From a virus (lineage: Duplodnaviria; Caudoviricetes), in IMG/VR virus record IMGVR_UViG_3300029288_007102, positions 64,001-128,000 of that record: DNA of 64,000 nucleotides; one strand, written 5' to 3'. Shown here piece after piece: positions 39,323 to 48,941 of this stretch; within the stretch, counting starts at the first letter, position 1; each line of letters opens with the position of its first letter. The position numbers and the translations under genes were made by a program. The notes under the pieces were generated by a model. The model was not told the DNA's origin, made no database searches, and worked only from the letters and a program-made list of their open reading frames with translations.

Positions 39323-39583
39323 AAAAAAGAAAGCTAAATGGGTCAAACATATAATTAAAGAAGGGGCCCGGTATCATGTTATCTGGTGGGATAACCTGGG
39401 GGCTCATTGCTCGGAACCAAATTGTGAGATTAATAGGCCAATAAAGAGAAGTAAAAAGTCAGCTCCTCTTGGGGATATTTATGGTACCCCGCCAGTTAGA
39501 AAGGTAATAGAAGAACTGGAAAAATTTTCTGTTCTCCAAGAAGTCTTGAAGAGTTTTGGTATTATTCCGTTAAAGGAGACAAA

Positions 39584-39853
39584 ATGAATAATTTAGTAAC
39601 AGTTATGCCAGGGAGATTCTCAGAGAAGTCAAAATGTTCTATCAAGCGATGCAAGAAGAAGGTTAGATGGCTTATTTTTAGTTGGGACGGAAAACCGATG
39701 CTTTCTCGTCTTAGTAAACAGAGCTGTCATAAGCATTTGGCTGTTGTAGTTAAAAAGGCAATGATTGAGGACAAAAAGTTAGGAAACTTTAAGCCTACCG
39801 AGGTAGAACTATTGCGGGCAGAGATCGAACGGTTAAGGAAGGCCCAAAAATGA
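39584..39853 (+). CDS. Hypothetical protein
   Basis: SD AAGGAG; overlaps with neighbours. Confidence 0.5.
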   Translation: MNNLVTVMPGRFSEKSKCSIKRCKKKVRWLIFSWDGKPMLSRLSKQSCHKHLAVVVKKAMIEDKKLGNFKPTEVELLRAEIERLRKAQK

Positions 39854-40140
39854 AAAAAGATTTGATTTTTTGGGTGATAGTCATAATAATAATGTCTGCC
39901 TTTTTTGATCTCCGATTGGAGATGAAGTATAAGAAGTTTATGAAAGAAGTTGATCAGAAGATAGAGAATCAACAAATCTTTAAATCACAGACAGAACTGT
40001 TGACCAACCAAATAGAACTTTCCAAAAAATTAGCATATAATCAAAAGTTAATTTGTTATGCGATCTTGGGGGATGACTTTATTTTAGATCCAGAAGAGAC
40101 AAAAAGATTTAAAGGGACAGAAGATGACAAAGAAAAATGA
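39850..40140 (+). CDS. Hypothetical membrane-anchored protein
   Basis: N-terminal hydrophobic helix then coiled coil. Confidence 0.5.
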   Translation: MKKDLIFWVIVIIIMSAFFDLRLEMKYKKFMKEVDQKIENQQIFKSQTELLTNQIELSKKLAYNQKLICYAILGDDFILDPEETKRFKGTEDDKEK

Positions 40141-40558
40141 AGAATTAGATGGATTGGCGATAGTAAAACAAGCAATATTTTGGGTTAAGCAGATAGAAAG
40201 CGATTATTCTATTGAGGGGTTAACCTTAAAAGATAGGCAAGAGTTGAGGGTGGTCCTTTCTGCTGCGACTTTAATGTTAGAACAAGAAACTTTTAAGAAA
40301 AAAAGATGCGATGATATTACTTACAATAAACCTTGGCTTAGAGGTAAAGGTAAAAAATTTATAGTTAGGCAGTATGATGGATTTGACAATAATTGGATAG
40401 ATATCACTAAACCTTTGTCTTTAAAGGAAGCTATGAAAATCTGGAGAGCCCACACTAAAGATGGTACAGAAAAATATTGTTTTGAACACATAGATTATTA
40501 TGAGGTCTTCCCGGCTGGTACAAAAATGCTTTATAGTGCTGAGGGGCAAAATGGTTAA
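40124..40558 (+). CDS. Hypothetical protein
   Basis: Overlapping-operon arrangement. Confidence 0.5.
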   Translation: MTKKNEELDGLAIVKQAIFWVKQIESDYSIEGLTLKDRQELRVVLSAATLMLEQETFKKKRCDDITYNKPWLRGKGKKFIVRQYDGFDNNWIDITKPLSLKEAMKIWRAHTKDGTEKYCFEHIDYYEVFPAGTKMLYSAEGQNG

Positions 40559-40982
40559 GAAAGAGAGTAAGGCTCAGATAGAATTGTTCCCTGAGTTGAG
40601 CATAGAAGAAGATTATAAAAAACTTAAGAGGTCTTCTGTGTGGGAATTGGACACAAAATTGACCTTTGGTAAATATAAGGGGAAGACTATTAAAGAAGTG
40701 GTAAACAGTGATTGGAAAGGGTACAACTGGTTGGCCTGGGCATCAAAAAATATCAAATGGTTTAGGCTTAGCGATGCGGCTTTTGCTTATTGCAAGAAGA
40801 AGGGGATCCGTTATGCGGCTAAACATGGTAGTTATCTTGAACCAGGAACGTCTGAGGAAGGGTTCTTGCGGGCAACTGGATTGCTTGGTGGCCCAAGGGG
40901 AGAGTGTGCTCAGTTAGCTTACGAAGAAGGTTTAAATGTTGTGGATGAAGATGAATTCATAGATGGGGAGTGGGGCGGATGA
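40551..40982 (+). CDS. Protein with DUF3820/ExoX-C-terminal-like motif
   Basis: 'LTFGKYKGKTI.EV....YNWLAW'. Confidence 0.55.
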   Translation: MVKKESKAQIELFPELSIEEDYKKLKRSSVWELDTKLTFGKYKGKTIKEVVNSDWKGYNWLAWASKNIKWFRLSDAAFAYCKKKGIRYAAKHGSYLEPGTSEEGFLRATGLLGGPRGECAQLAYEEGLNVVDEDEFIDGEWGG

Positions 40983-41857
40983 AAGAGAGATTTCAAGAGC
41001 GGTTAGGGTTAAATCAAAACAATCGGGTAAGGTTAGGCGAGGTCAATGGCATACTAGAAGAATATGCTGCTGAGGGCTACAGATTGACTTTAAGGCAGCT
41101 TTATTACCAATTGGTATCCAGAGACCTTATACCTAATAATCAACGGGAATACGCCAAATTGAGCAATCTGTTGAAGAAAGGCCGGATGGGGGGAGTGGTA
41201 GATTGGGATATTATAGAAGATCGGATCCGGGCACCATACATTCCTTATTATGTTAGAGATGTTCCTGGTGCTTTAGAGGATACAATTGACCAGTACAGAT
41301 TGAATAGGATGGAAGATCAAAAAGTTTATATAGAGATTTGGGTAGAAAAAGATGCTCTCTCCGGGGTCTTGAAGCCAATTACTTCCTATTATCATATAAA
41401 TCTGATGGTCAATCGGGGCTATAGTTCTTGTACGGCCATGTATGATGCTAGTAAGAGAATTTTACGCAAACAGGGCCACAAACTTTGCTTTATCTTTTAT
41501 TTGGGAGATCACGATCCGTCTGGGTTGGATATGGTAAGAGATATTAGAGATAGGCTTGCAGAATTTGGGGCGGATCCCGATGTAAGACCTATAACCTTGA
41601 CCTCTGAACAGATAAAGAAATATAATCCCCCGCCTAATCCTGCGAAGTTTCAGGATCCTCGGGCAAATGATTATATTGCTAAATTTGGCCGTACTTCCTG
41701 GGAAGTCGACGCCTTAAACCCTAAAACTTTAAATCGATTAGTCCAGGGGGCTGTTGAGGGGCTCTTAGATCGGAAGAAATTTAATGCTAAACTGAAACAA
41801 GAAGAGAAAGATAAAAAGATACTAAGAACTTATGCTGAAAAATTAAAAAATAGTTAA
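40979..41857 (+). CDS. Topoisomerase VI subunit A/Spo11-like TOPRIM protein
   Basis: 'TLRQLYYQLV' winged helix, 'IWVEKDAL', 'RGYSS', 'YLGDHDPSG', 'WEVDAL'. Confidence 0.8.
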   Translation: MKERFQERLGLNQNNRVRLGEVNGILEEYAAEGYRLTLRQLYYQLVSRDLIPNNQREYAKLSNLLKKGRMGGVVDWDIIEDRIRAPYIPYYVRDVPGALEDTIDQYRLNRMEDQKVYIEIWVEKDALSGVLKPITSYYHINLMVNRGYSSCTAMYDASKRILRKQGHKLCFIFYLGDHDPSGLDMVRDIRDRLAEFGADPDVRPITLTSEQIKKYNPPPNPAKFQDPRANDYIAKFGRTSWEVDALNPKTLNRLVQGAVEGLLDRKKFNAKLKQEEKDKKILRTYAEKLKNS

Positions 41858-42002
41858 CAGTGCTGCTAATTGGGCATTGTTATTAAAAGTGGTCATGTCT
41901 TACTTCCCCTTGGGTTGACCCTCCACAATAAAGGTGGTATGTTAAAATCTACCTCTGAGAACCTTTAGAAGTGGAACAAGGGGTAAAATTATAGGAGGAA
42001 AG

Positions 42003-42368
42003 ATGAAGAAAGAAAATTTAATCAGAGACGAAAATAATTATAAATTTGTAATAGATAGTGATTTTTTGGGGGTTTATGTTAAGCGTAAATCTGATAAGAT
42101 TGTTGGTCGGGTCATTGAACATTGGCAGGGGGATTGTGATAGTATTTTGGTAATACGTTTCCCCGACAAAACAATTGATAAGGTTGACCTTCTTGATTGG
42201 AAAAAGGAGCATAAACCCCATGCGAGATCTATTGCCAGAAAAGATAAATATTTATTTAAAAATTTTAATGGCAAGTGGGTACGGCCAGACAATTGGAGTC
42301 AAATCCAATACATTAATGGGCAATGGATGCGTTATGTTAAAGAAGAATGGGTCCCGCTAGAAGGTTAG
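42003..42368 (+). CDS. Hypothetical protein
   Basis: SD AGGAGG. Confidence 0.55.
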   Translation: MKKENLIRDENNYKFVIDSDFLGVYVKRKSDKIVGRVIEHWQGDCDSILVIRFPDKTIDKVDLLDWKKEHKPHARSIARKDKYLFKNFNGKWVRPDNWSQIQYINGQWMRYVKEEWVPLEG

Positions 42369-42415
42369 TTTACTAAAATTGAATATGAGCAGTATGGGAA
42401 ATAATTCAAGGAAGA

Positions 42416-42496
42416 CTTGAAGTGGTGGAATTGGCAGACATAGGGACTCTAGTCCCGGGCGGAAACGCCGTGTTGGTTCAAACCCAACCTTCAAGA
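42416..42496 (+). ncRNA. Type II (Leu-like) tRNA-like RNA with truncated anticodon loop
   Basis: CTTGAAG/CTTCAAG acceptor, GTGGAATTGGCAGAC D-arm, GGGAC-TCTA-GTCCC anticodon arm, GGCG-GAAA-CGCC variable arm, GTTGG-TTCAAAC-CCAAC T-arm, A discriminator. Confidence 0.75.
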
Positions 42497-42517
42497 TTTT
42501 TAAAAGAGAGGGATTCA

Positions 42518-43354
42518 ATGTTAAAGAAAGAGCTCCAGGTTTCTGTGCCAGTGGTAAAATGTATTAATAATTGTAAGTTCTGTGTGGCCAAAATGCATTC
42601 TAACCCTTACGAATCTAGATGGGGTTTGAATGTGGATGACTGGTTCGGTAAGGATTATAAGCGGAGAATGTCTTTTGCTAGAGATATTGGGTGTAATGTT
42701 TTGGTTCTTACTGGCATAGGGGAACCACTACAGAATCGGGGGTTCTTAACAATTATTATGGAAATCAACGACCTCCTCCATTCACCTTTTTCGTGGGTTG
42801 AGCTTCAGACTACGGGAGTCTTGCTAAACAGGGAGATGTTATATTGGCTCAGAAAAATTAACGTTTCTGTTATAAGACTCTCTATATCAGATTTGTTTGA
42901 TGAGGGCAGAAATCAAGAAATTGTAGGAATCCCGAAGAAACTACGATTTGATAAAATTGAGTCTTTATGTTATGCGATAAAAGAGCAAGGCTTTAATCTC
43001 CAGCTTGATTTAAATTTAACTTATACTTTCGATTCTTATTCTGTTAAACAGATATTAGCTAAATGTAAAGAGCTTGGGGCAGACACTGTTCTGTTTAGGG
43101 AGTTGTACTCGGATTCCGGTAAGAACCATACTAAACAAGGAATATGGGTAGCTAAAAATAGTATAGATAATGATACTTTGTCGGCTATTGATACGTTTAT
43201 TTTTGAAAGCAAAAGAGCGGGAATAAATAGTGATATCCGATTTGATCAAAATTGTATGGAACCGGAAGAGGAAGGCAAACTTAAACGACTAATTCTCCAG
43301 GTAGATGGTAGATTATATAAGAGGTGGGAAGATCCAAAATCATTAATCTTTTAG
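42518..43354 (+). CDS. Radical SAM protein
   Basis: 'CINNCKFC' CxxxCxxC, 'LTGIGEP', 'ELQTTG'; true start ATG 42518 after GAGAGGG. Confidence 0.85.
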   Translation: MLKKELQVSVPVVKCINNCKFCVAKMHSNPYESRWGLNVDDWFGKDYKRRMSFARDIGCNVLVLTGIGEPLQNRGFLTIIMEINDLLHSPFSWVELQTTGVLLNREMLYWLRKINVSVIRLSISDLFDEGRNQEIVGIPKKLRFDKIESLCYAIKEQGFNLQLDLNLTYTFDSYSVKQILAKCKELGADTVLFRELYSDSGKNHTKQGIWVAKNSIDNDTLSAIDTFIFESKRAGINSDIRFDQNCMEPEEEGKLKRLILQVDGRLYKRWEDPKSLIF

Positions 43355-43681
43355 GGGATAGTATGCAAAAGATGAACGGGAAGTTAATACATAAAACGGA
43401 ACTTATTGCGGAGATAATAACTAAGGTACTCTGTAACAAAAAGTGTTCAGAATGCGATTTAACTGGAATGACAGTTGATTATTTTCATCGTTGCAAATGG
43501 AGGATCCCAATCCGCAAGGCGGCTTCCGCTGTCTGGCGGTCTTTGAGAGTAGATCAACCTAGAGTTAAGAAGCTACTGATTGCAGCCAGAAAAAGGGTTC
43601 CTGCTGATTATAGAAAATATCCAGATAGGGTTGTTAGAGCTATAGCTTGTGATATGCCTATATTAATAAAGGAAAAGAAAA

Positions 43682-43843
43682 ATGAGAACAAACAGGCCAA
43701 GCTGTAAATATTATAAGGTGTGTGGATCTGTTGATAATTGTCCGGGATGTATTGGGTATCAAAAGAAAAGGGTGCCCGTTATAGATCAGGTAGAAGAAAT
43801 TGAGGAAGCGGTAAGGCAGAGAAATCTTAGGAAGAAAAGGTAG
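43682..43843 (+). CDS. Small Cys-rich protein (53 aa, not in ORF track)
   Basis: MRTNRPSCKYYKVCGSVDNCPGCIGY...; fills gap before helicase. Confidence 0.45.
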   Translation: MRTNRPSCKYYKVCGSVDNCPGCIGYQKKRVPVIDQVEEIEEAVRQRNLRKKR

Positions 43844-43848
43844 GTTTA

Positions 43849-45192
43849 ATGAAAATCGAGATAAATGAGCAATTCAAGAAAGCTTTAGATCTAATGGAAA
43901 ATACAAATAAAAACATTTTTATTACGGGCGTGGCGGGTGTTGGTAAAAGTGTTCTTTTGTCTTATTTCCAGGCAATCACGAGCAAACGTTTGGCCGTCTT
44001 AGCCCCTACTGGGGTCGCCGCCCTCAACGTTAAAGGGGAGACGATCCACTCCTTCTTTTGTTTTAGACCTGGGATTACCAAAGAAAAAGTTTGGGAATTA
44101 AAGGTTAGTAATAAGAGAAGAATTTTATACCGTAACCTTCAAATGATAATTATTGATGAAGTTTCTATGGTACGGGCAGACTTGTTTGATTGTGTTGACG
44201 CATTTCTTAAAATTTATGGGCCAGCACCAGGGAAACCTTTTGGTGGGGTTCAAGCTGTTTTTATAGGAGATCTTCATCAGCTTCCCCCAGTAGTTACAGG
44301 CAAAGAAAATTTTATTTTTAAGAGATTCTATGATAGCCCTTATTTTTTCTCTGCCAAAAGTTTTAATAAGTTAAACGTAGAGCTTGTTGAGTTGACAAAA
44401 GTTTATAGGCAGAAAGACCCGGTTTTTATTGATCTATTAAACGCTATAAGGAACAATTGTCTTACGACAGATCAACTTATCTTGCTTAATACAAGAGTGG
44501 GAGCAGAGTTGCCAAGTGATAAGAGTGGTTATTCGGTTTATCTTACTACCACTAACAAAAAAGCTTCAAAGGTAAATGAAGAATCTTTGCGATCTATGGA
44601 GACAAAGATACACACTTTTAAGGCAAAGATTGCGGGGAACATAGATCGGTCTTTTTATCCTACTGACGAGGAACTTCAAATTGGTGCGGGTGCCCAGATA
44701 ATGCTACTAAATAATGATAGTCAAGATCGCTGGGTAAACGGTTCTATTGGAAGAGTTATTAAAATATATACTTTTGATGAGGATTGGACAGAAGCAAACA
44801 TAGATGTCCAATTAGACAATGGAAAGGTTGTTACTGTCGTTCCTCATTCTTGGGAAATTTTCTCTTATTTTTATAATAAAGAAAGGAATATTATTGATGC
44901 CGAAAGGATGGGGTCGTTTAGGCAGTTCCCTTTGAAACTGGCTTTTAGTTGTACTGTTCATAAGAGCCAAGGGAAAACATTCCCTTTGGTAAAATTAGAT
45001 TTAAGCCAAGGGATATTTGCACATGGACAGGCTTATGTGGCTCTAAGCCGTTGTGTGTCGCTAGAGGGATTGTCTTTAGAACAACCCTTTGATCAGAAGC
45101 ATATTTTAACTGATAGGGTTGTAGTTGAGTTTATGAAATGGTTGAGAGGGAAGGAAGAAGCAAATGTTCAGGAAATACGAAAAAACATTTAG
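43849..45192 (+). CDS. Pif1/RecD-like SF1B DNA helicase
   Basis: 'ITGVAGVGKS', 'APTGVAA', 'TIHSFF', 'IIDEVSMV', 'GDLHQLPPV', 'QFPLKLAF..TVHKSQG', 'YVALSR'. Confidence 0.95.
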   Translation: MKIEINEQFKKALDLMENTNKNIFITGVAGVGKSVLLSYFQAITSKRLAVLAPTGVAALNVKGETIHSFFCFRPGITKEKVWELKVSNKRRILYRNLQMIIIDEVSMVRADLFDCVDAFLKIYGPAPGKPFGGVQAVFIGDLHQLPPVVTGKENFIFKRFYDSPYFFSAKSFNKLNVELVELTKVYRQKDPVFIDLLNAIRNNCLTTDQLILLNTRVGAELPSDKSGYSVYLTTTNKKASKVNEESLRSMETKIHTFKAKIAGNIDRSFYPTDEELQIGAGAQIMLLNNDSQDRWVNGSIGRVIKIYTFDEDWTEANIDVQLDNGKVVTVVPHSWEIFSYFYNKERNIIDAERMGSFRQFPLKLAFSCTVHKSQGKTFPLVKLDLSQGIFAHGQAYVALSRCVSLEGLSLEQPFDQKHILTDRVVVEFMKWLRGKEEANVQEIRKNI

Positions 45193-45826
45193 AATATTGG
45201 TTCCGCAGATAGATATTCACGGAAAATATTTTCTGTCTGATCAGGATACTAAGCGATTATTTGGCGGGAAGCTAATTATAACCGAGAAGTTGGATGGGGC
45301 CAATGTAGGTATTGTCCGGCATAAGGATACCTATCGGCTCCAAAAGCGGGGATCCCTGGTAGATCGTTCGGAACATGAGCAGTACAACTTCTTCCGGGAC
45401 TGGGCTTTTAGGAATGAAGATAAGCTGATGAGGCTGCCTAAGGGGACTGTCGCCTATGGGGAATTGATGCGGTGTATTCATACTATACATTATAATAGAC
45501 TGCCGGATTGGGTTTGCTTCTTTGACATCTGGTCCAATCAACATAATGAATATCTCCCTTGGGATGAAACTGTTGAGATATTTAAAGAGATCGGTCTTTA
45601 TACTGTTCCCTGGATAAACTCTTGTGAGGGCGTAAATAGGGGCAACATCTTCAACATGATCCCTAAAATCAGCCTATATGGGTCTGGAGATGCAGAAGGG
45701 GTAGTGGTTAAGAATTATCGCCAACAGCTCCGGGGCAAGGTTGTCCAGGAAAAGTTTGTGAAGGAAATGGAAGAGTCAGATCATTGGAGACAGCAACCTT
45801 TACGATTTAATTCTCTTCGGGGGTAA
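45164..45826 (+). CDS. ATP-dependent RNA ligase (Rnl2-type nucleotidyltransferase)
   Basis: Motif I 'TEKLDGAN', 'YGE', 'FFDI', 'EGVVVK', 'KVV'. Confidence 0.8.
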   Translation: MFRKYEKTFRILVPQIDIHGKYFLSDQDTKRLFGGKLIITEKLDGANVGIVRHKDTYRLQKRGSLVDRSEHEQYNFFRDWAFRNEDKLMRLPKGTVAYGELMRCIHTIHYNRLPDWVCFFDIWSNQHNEYLPWDETVEIFKEIGLYTVPWINSCEGVNRGNIFNMIPKISLYGSGDAEGVVVKNYRQQLRGKVVQEKFVKEMEESDHWRQQPLRFNSLRG

Positions 45827-46044
45827 AATTTGTGAGCCAGATATTGACAGGGCATATTGTTTTATCTGTAGTTGTTGGGATGTTTTTAGGTGTCTTGCCT
45901 ATTTTTAGGGAGAAATACGAGAAGGTATCGTGTAATCTTGGGATATTGACATCGTTAGTGCTAGCGTCGTGTGGGTATTGGATTGGGGCAGGGCTGTTTG
46001 TTATAGCTTTTTCTGTAATCAGAATGTCTATTGAAGGAGAAGAA

Positions 46045-46368
46045 ATGAGTAATAACCCAGAGAAAGACAGGGAGAACATCATAAAGAACTGCTCCAAGTT
46101 GAAGTGGACAATGAAGACTGGGGAGAAGATTGTAGTTTCCAGCATGAAGGATAGCCATATTCAGAACTGCATTAGGATGTTAGAGAGGAATATTGTAACT
46201 AAATTGTTCACTGATATAGGAAATCCTTTTAACGAAGATACTGTAGCGTATGAAACTTTTCAATCAGCATCAGATGAAAACTTTGAGCGGTATGTTCTAC
46301 ACGCTACCCTTTGGATAGATATTTTTAATGCGGAATTAAAAAAGAGAGGATTGGAGGAAGTAAAATGA
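46045..46368 (+). CDS. Hypothetical phage protein (in-frame with an upstream hydrophobic ORF from 45832)
   Basis: SD GAAGGAG before ATG 46045; 'W..K.G..I.V..M.DSHI.NCI.ML' motif. Confidence 0.55.
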   Translation: MSNNPEKDRENIIKNCSKLKWTMKTGEKIVVSSMKDSHIQNCIRMLERNIVTKLFTDIGNPFNEDTVAYETFQSASDENFERYVLHATLWIDIFNAELKKRGLEEVK

Positions 46369-46594
46369 AAAAAAATAAATGGAAAAAGTCTGTACCTAAA
46401 GAAACAGGGTATTTTTGGTTTTGGGGATATTTATTTGACTCTTCTGCCATAAAAGAACTGGCAATAATTAAAGTCAGAAAAATCTCTAATGGTTATATAT
46501 ATATTTATGGAAGTCATGGAGTTAACCCTAAGGAGTTGACCGGGGTCTTTCTGAGAATAGAAGAGCCTAAAATTAACGCTAGAGGGGGAGTAGA

Positions 46595-46744
46595 ATGACA
46601 ACTAAAACCTCTATTTATTGTAGTTCTTGCGGTGCCTTTATCGGGAACGCTGAAGATTTTTCTCATATGGTTATCCCGGCAGAAGGAATAAAGTGTCCTG
46701 ATTGTGGTACTGTTGTTATTGCTAGCAACGATCCTATATTTTAG
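46595..46744 (+). CDS. Zinc-ribbon protein (49 aa, not in ORF track)
   Basis: CSSC...CPDCG; SD GGGGGAG. Confidence 0.55.
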   Translation: MTTKTSIYCSSCGAFIGNAEDFSHMVIPAEGIKCPDCGTVVIASNDPIF

Positions 46745-47152
46745 GAGATGAAATAAAGGGGGAATAATGCCTAATTATATTGTTGTTACAGAGGAAACTG
46801 ATTGGACGTTGGCAAATAAAGTAAATGCTAAGATCAAAGAAGGGTATAAGCCAGTAGGTTCTGTTAATCATACCGTAAAGAATGATACTTTTCTTGGGAC
46901 TACTATGAACACTAAGGAATCCTGGTCCCAAGCAATGATGAAGGAGTAAACAAATGGGTAAGGTTTTGAGGAAAAAGGCAAAAAGAGATAAGAGAAAAGA
47001 TAGAGATTATGAAATTGTTAGTAAAGAAACTGGACTAACAGTTATAGAATTAAAAATGTTGCTTTTAAAAGGGGCAACTAGTGAAGAGATAATGATGGCT
47101 GCTTGTATTAAAAAGAATAGGTTAGGGACTATTAAAACATAAAGGAGAGAAA

Positions 47153-47452
47153 ATGTATACTTATAAACCGGATAGATGTAAGGTGCCAATAAATGTATAT
47201 GCATTAGAAGGTTCTATAGAACCTAGTGCATTGGAACAGATAGAGAACACTGCCAGCTTGCCTTTTGCTGAAGGTGTAGTCCTGATGCCGGATGGGCATT
47301 TTGGAAAGGGTGCTCCGATTGGCGGAGTCCTAGCTACCTCTGGAGTTGTAGTCGTCAATTTCGTAGGCGTGGATATTGGGTGTTCTGTTTCATCGTATAA
47401 GACAAATTTATTGGCAGAGAGTAAAACAAAATCCGATAGCCTTAAAGGTTAA
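47153..47452 (+). pseudogene. rtcB: N-terminal fragment of RtcB RNA ligase
   Basis: 'ALEQI.N.A.LPF', 'MPDGHFGKGAPIGGVLAT', 'VGVDIGC'; stops ~22 aa later (full RtcB is ~400 aa). Confidence 0.8.
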
Positions 47453-47571
47453 GTTAATGGATATCAAACATAACACACTTCGGGAACGGATGGATGCGTT
47501 AGAGCTGGGAATAAAAATTTATTTAACTAACAAATATAGGAAGGCCTTAAAAGCTTTGACAGGGGAAGAAA

Positions 47572-47967
47572 ATGCCTAAAATTATTCCTATAGAGCAGTT
47601 TGGGAAAGATCATTGGTCAACTTTTGCTTATATCGAATGTCAATGTGTAGACAATGGCGGGGTTGTTAATTCTTCACGGATGAGAACCGATGGGGATCGC
47701 CGTCCTTGGTTTGGTTCTAGCAATTCTGAGAAAAAATATCCTACCAGATTAAAAGGGTATTTTGAAAATTCTGACCTTGCGGTATCTGATCACGATGATT
47801 GGGATTGTGCAATAGACCTAGAGAAAGCAGGGCTTTTAAAGATTGAGGGGACAGGGTTAAGCCCAATCTTTAAGCTTACAGATAAAGGAAAGATTGTGGC
47901 AGCCAGACTTCGGTCTTTTAAGGCGGATGGTGGAAACTTTGCCCAATTTGAGGTGGGGAGCATATGA
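47572..47967 (+). CDS. Hypothetical phage protein
   Basis: 'FGKDHWST', 'KYPTRL', 'HDDWDC' conserved-looking motifs. Confidence 0.55.
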   Translation: MPKIIPIEQFGKDHWSTFAYIECQCVDNGGVVNSSRMRTDGDRRPWFGSSNSEKKYPTRLKGYFENSDLAVSDHDDWDCAIDLEKAGLLKIEGTGLSPIFKLTDKGKIVAARLRSFKADGGNFAQFEVGSI

Positions 47968-48332
47968 ATCAGAAAACTAAAAAGGCAATAAAGAAATCAA
48001 TTTCCCATTGGGAGAAAATGTTGAAGTGGGCAAGTAAGCAGGATGAGTCAGAAAAATGCAATCTGAATCTAATGGCGGATTCAATAAAGGAAATCTGGAC
48101 GGGAGAGGATTGTCCTTTATGTGATCTTTTTCATGATACTCTTCCGCCAGGGAAAATGGGTCCGCACGTATTTTTGAGTTCTTGCTCTGGATGTCCGTTA
48201 TATGAAAAATATGGTCACTGTGGTGGTTGGAACAAAAATGCCTGGATCTTAGTACATCAATCGGTCTTTTGGGGACAATGGTGTCGCCAGGCCAAGAAAA
48301 TGATTTTTCAGTTAGAGAGGCTATTAAAATGA
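47964..48332 (+). CDS. Hypothetical Cys-rich protein
   Basis: 'CPLC..C.GCPL...C'. Confidence 0.55.
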   Translation: MNQKTKKAIKKSISHWEKMLKWASKQDESEKCNLNLMADSIKEIWTGEDCPLCDLFHDTLPPGKMGPHVFLSSCSGCPLYEKYGHCGGWNKNAWILVHQSVFWGQWCRQAKKMIFQLERLLK

Positions 48333-48516
48333 AAGAGAAAAATTTTATCCCACATACTAGGCCACACGGACGTAGAGAACTTGAAGCAACTATTCGGGGG
48401 ATCAAAAAACAAATCCATTACTGGAAAAGTATTGGCCGGAAAGAATCTATAGATTTTTGGAGTTGGCAGATGATCCAGCGGCAAAGACAATTAAAAGAAA
48501 GGTTTGGTAAAAAGAT

Positions 48517-48933
48517 ATGAATGAGAAGGAAATCCCGCAAGCAGTGAAAGAATACCAATGCCCTGGATGTATAAATGGGGGCGACTGTTTTGTCCCAGCA
48601 CCATCAGGAATCGGATGCGGCAAACATTTTTCAGGGACAACTGGTTCTCATATTGGGAGGATCTTTTTAGGTTTACCAAAAGGGTTCAATAGAACCGATA
48701 TGCGTGGCGATACCAAAATTACTATCTTTGAATCCGCTAAACAACAGAATGAACAGTGGGCTTACGATCAATTTGATGTCCCGGTTTGGTATTATAAAAA
48801 GGAGGGGGTTACGTTGATTAGGGGGTTCCAGCCCAGACTCAATCTGTCTTTTATCCACATCATCCTTTCAGGGGATCCGGATGTCTCCCGGGCTTATGAG
48901 ATTACAGATGAATTCTTAAAAGAAATTGATTAG
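48517..48933 (+). CDS. Hypothetical protein
   Basis: ORF overlapping upstream stop; 'YQCPGC'. Confidence 0.5.
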   Translation: MNEKEIPQAVKEYQCPGCINGGDCFVPAPSGIGCGKHFSGTTGSHIGRIFLGLPKGFNRTDMRGDTKITIFESAKQQNEQWAYDQFDVPVWYYKKEGVTLIRGFQPRLNLSFIHIILSGDPDVSRAYEITDEFLKEID

Positions 48934-48941
48934 GGGGAGAG

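Noticed and set aside
41929-41975. TPP riboswitch or hammerhead ribozyme (CTGAGA motif)
   Set aside because: No TPP P4/P5 (CCTGAT...GGGA) and no CUGANGA/GAAA hammerhead core
42422-42517. N-terminal extension of the radical SAM ORF in the track
   Set aside because: Overlaps the tRNA-like element; real SD and ATG are at 42518
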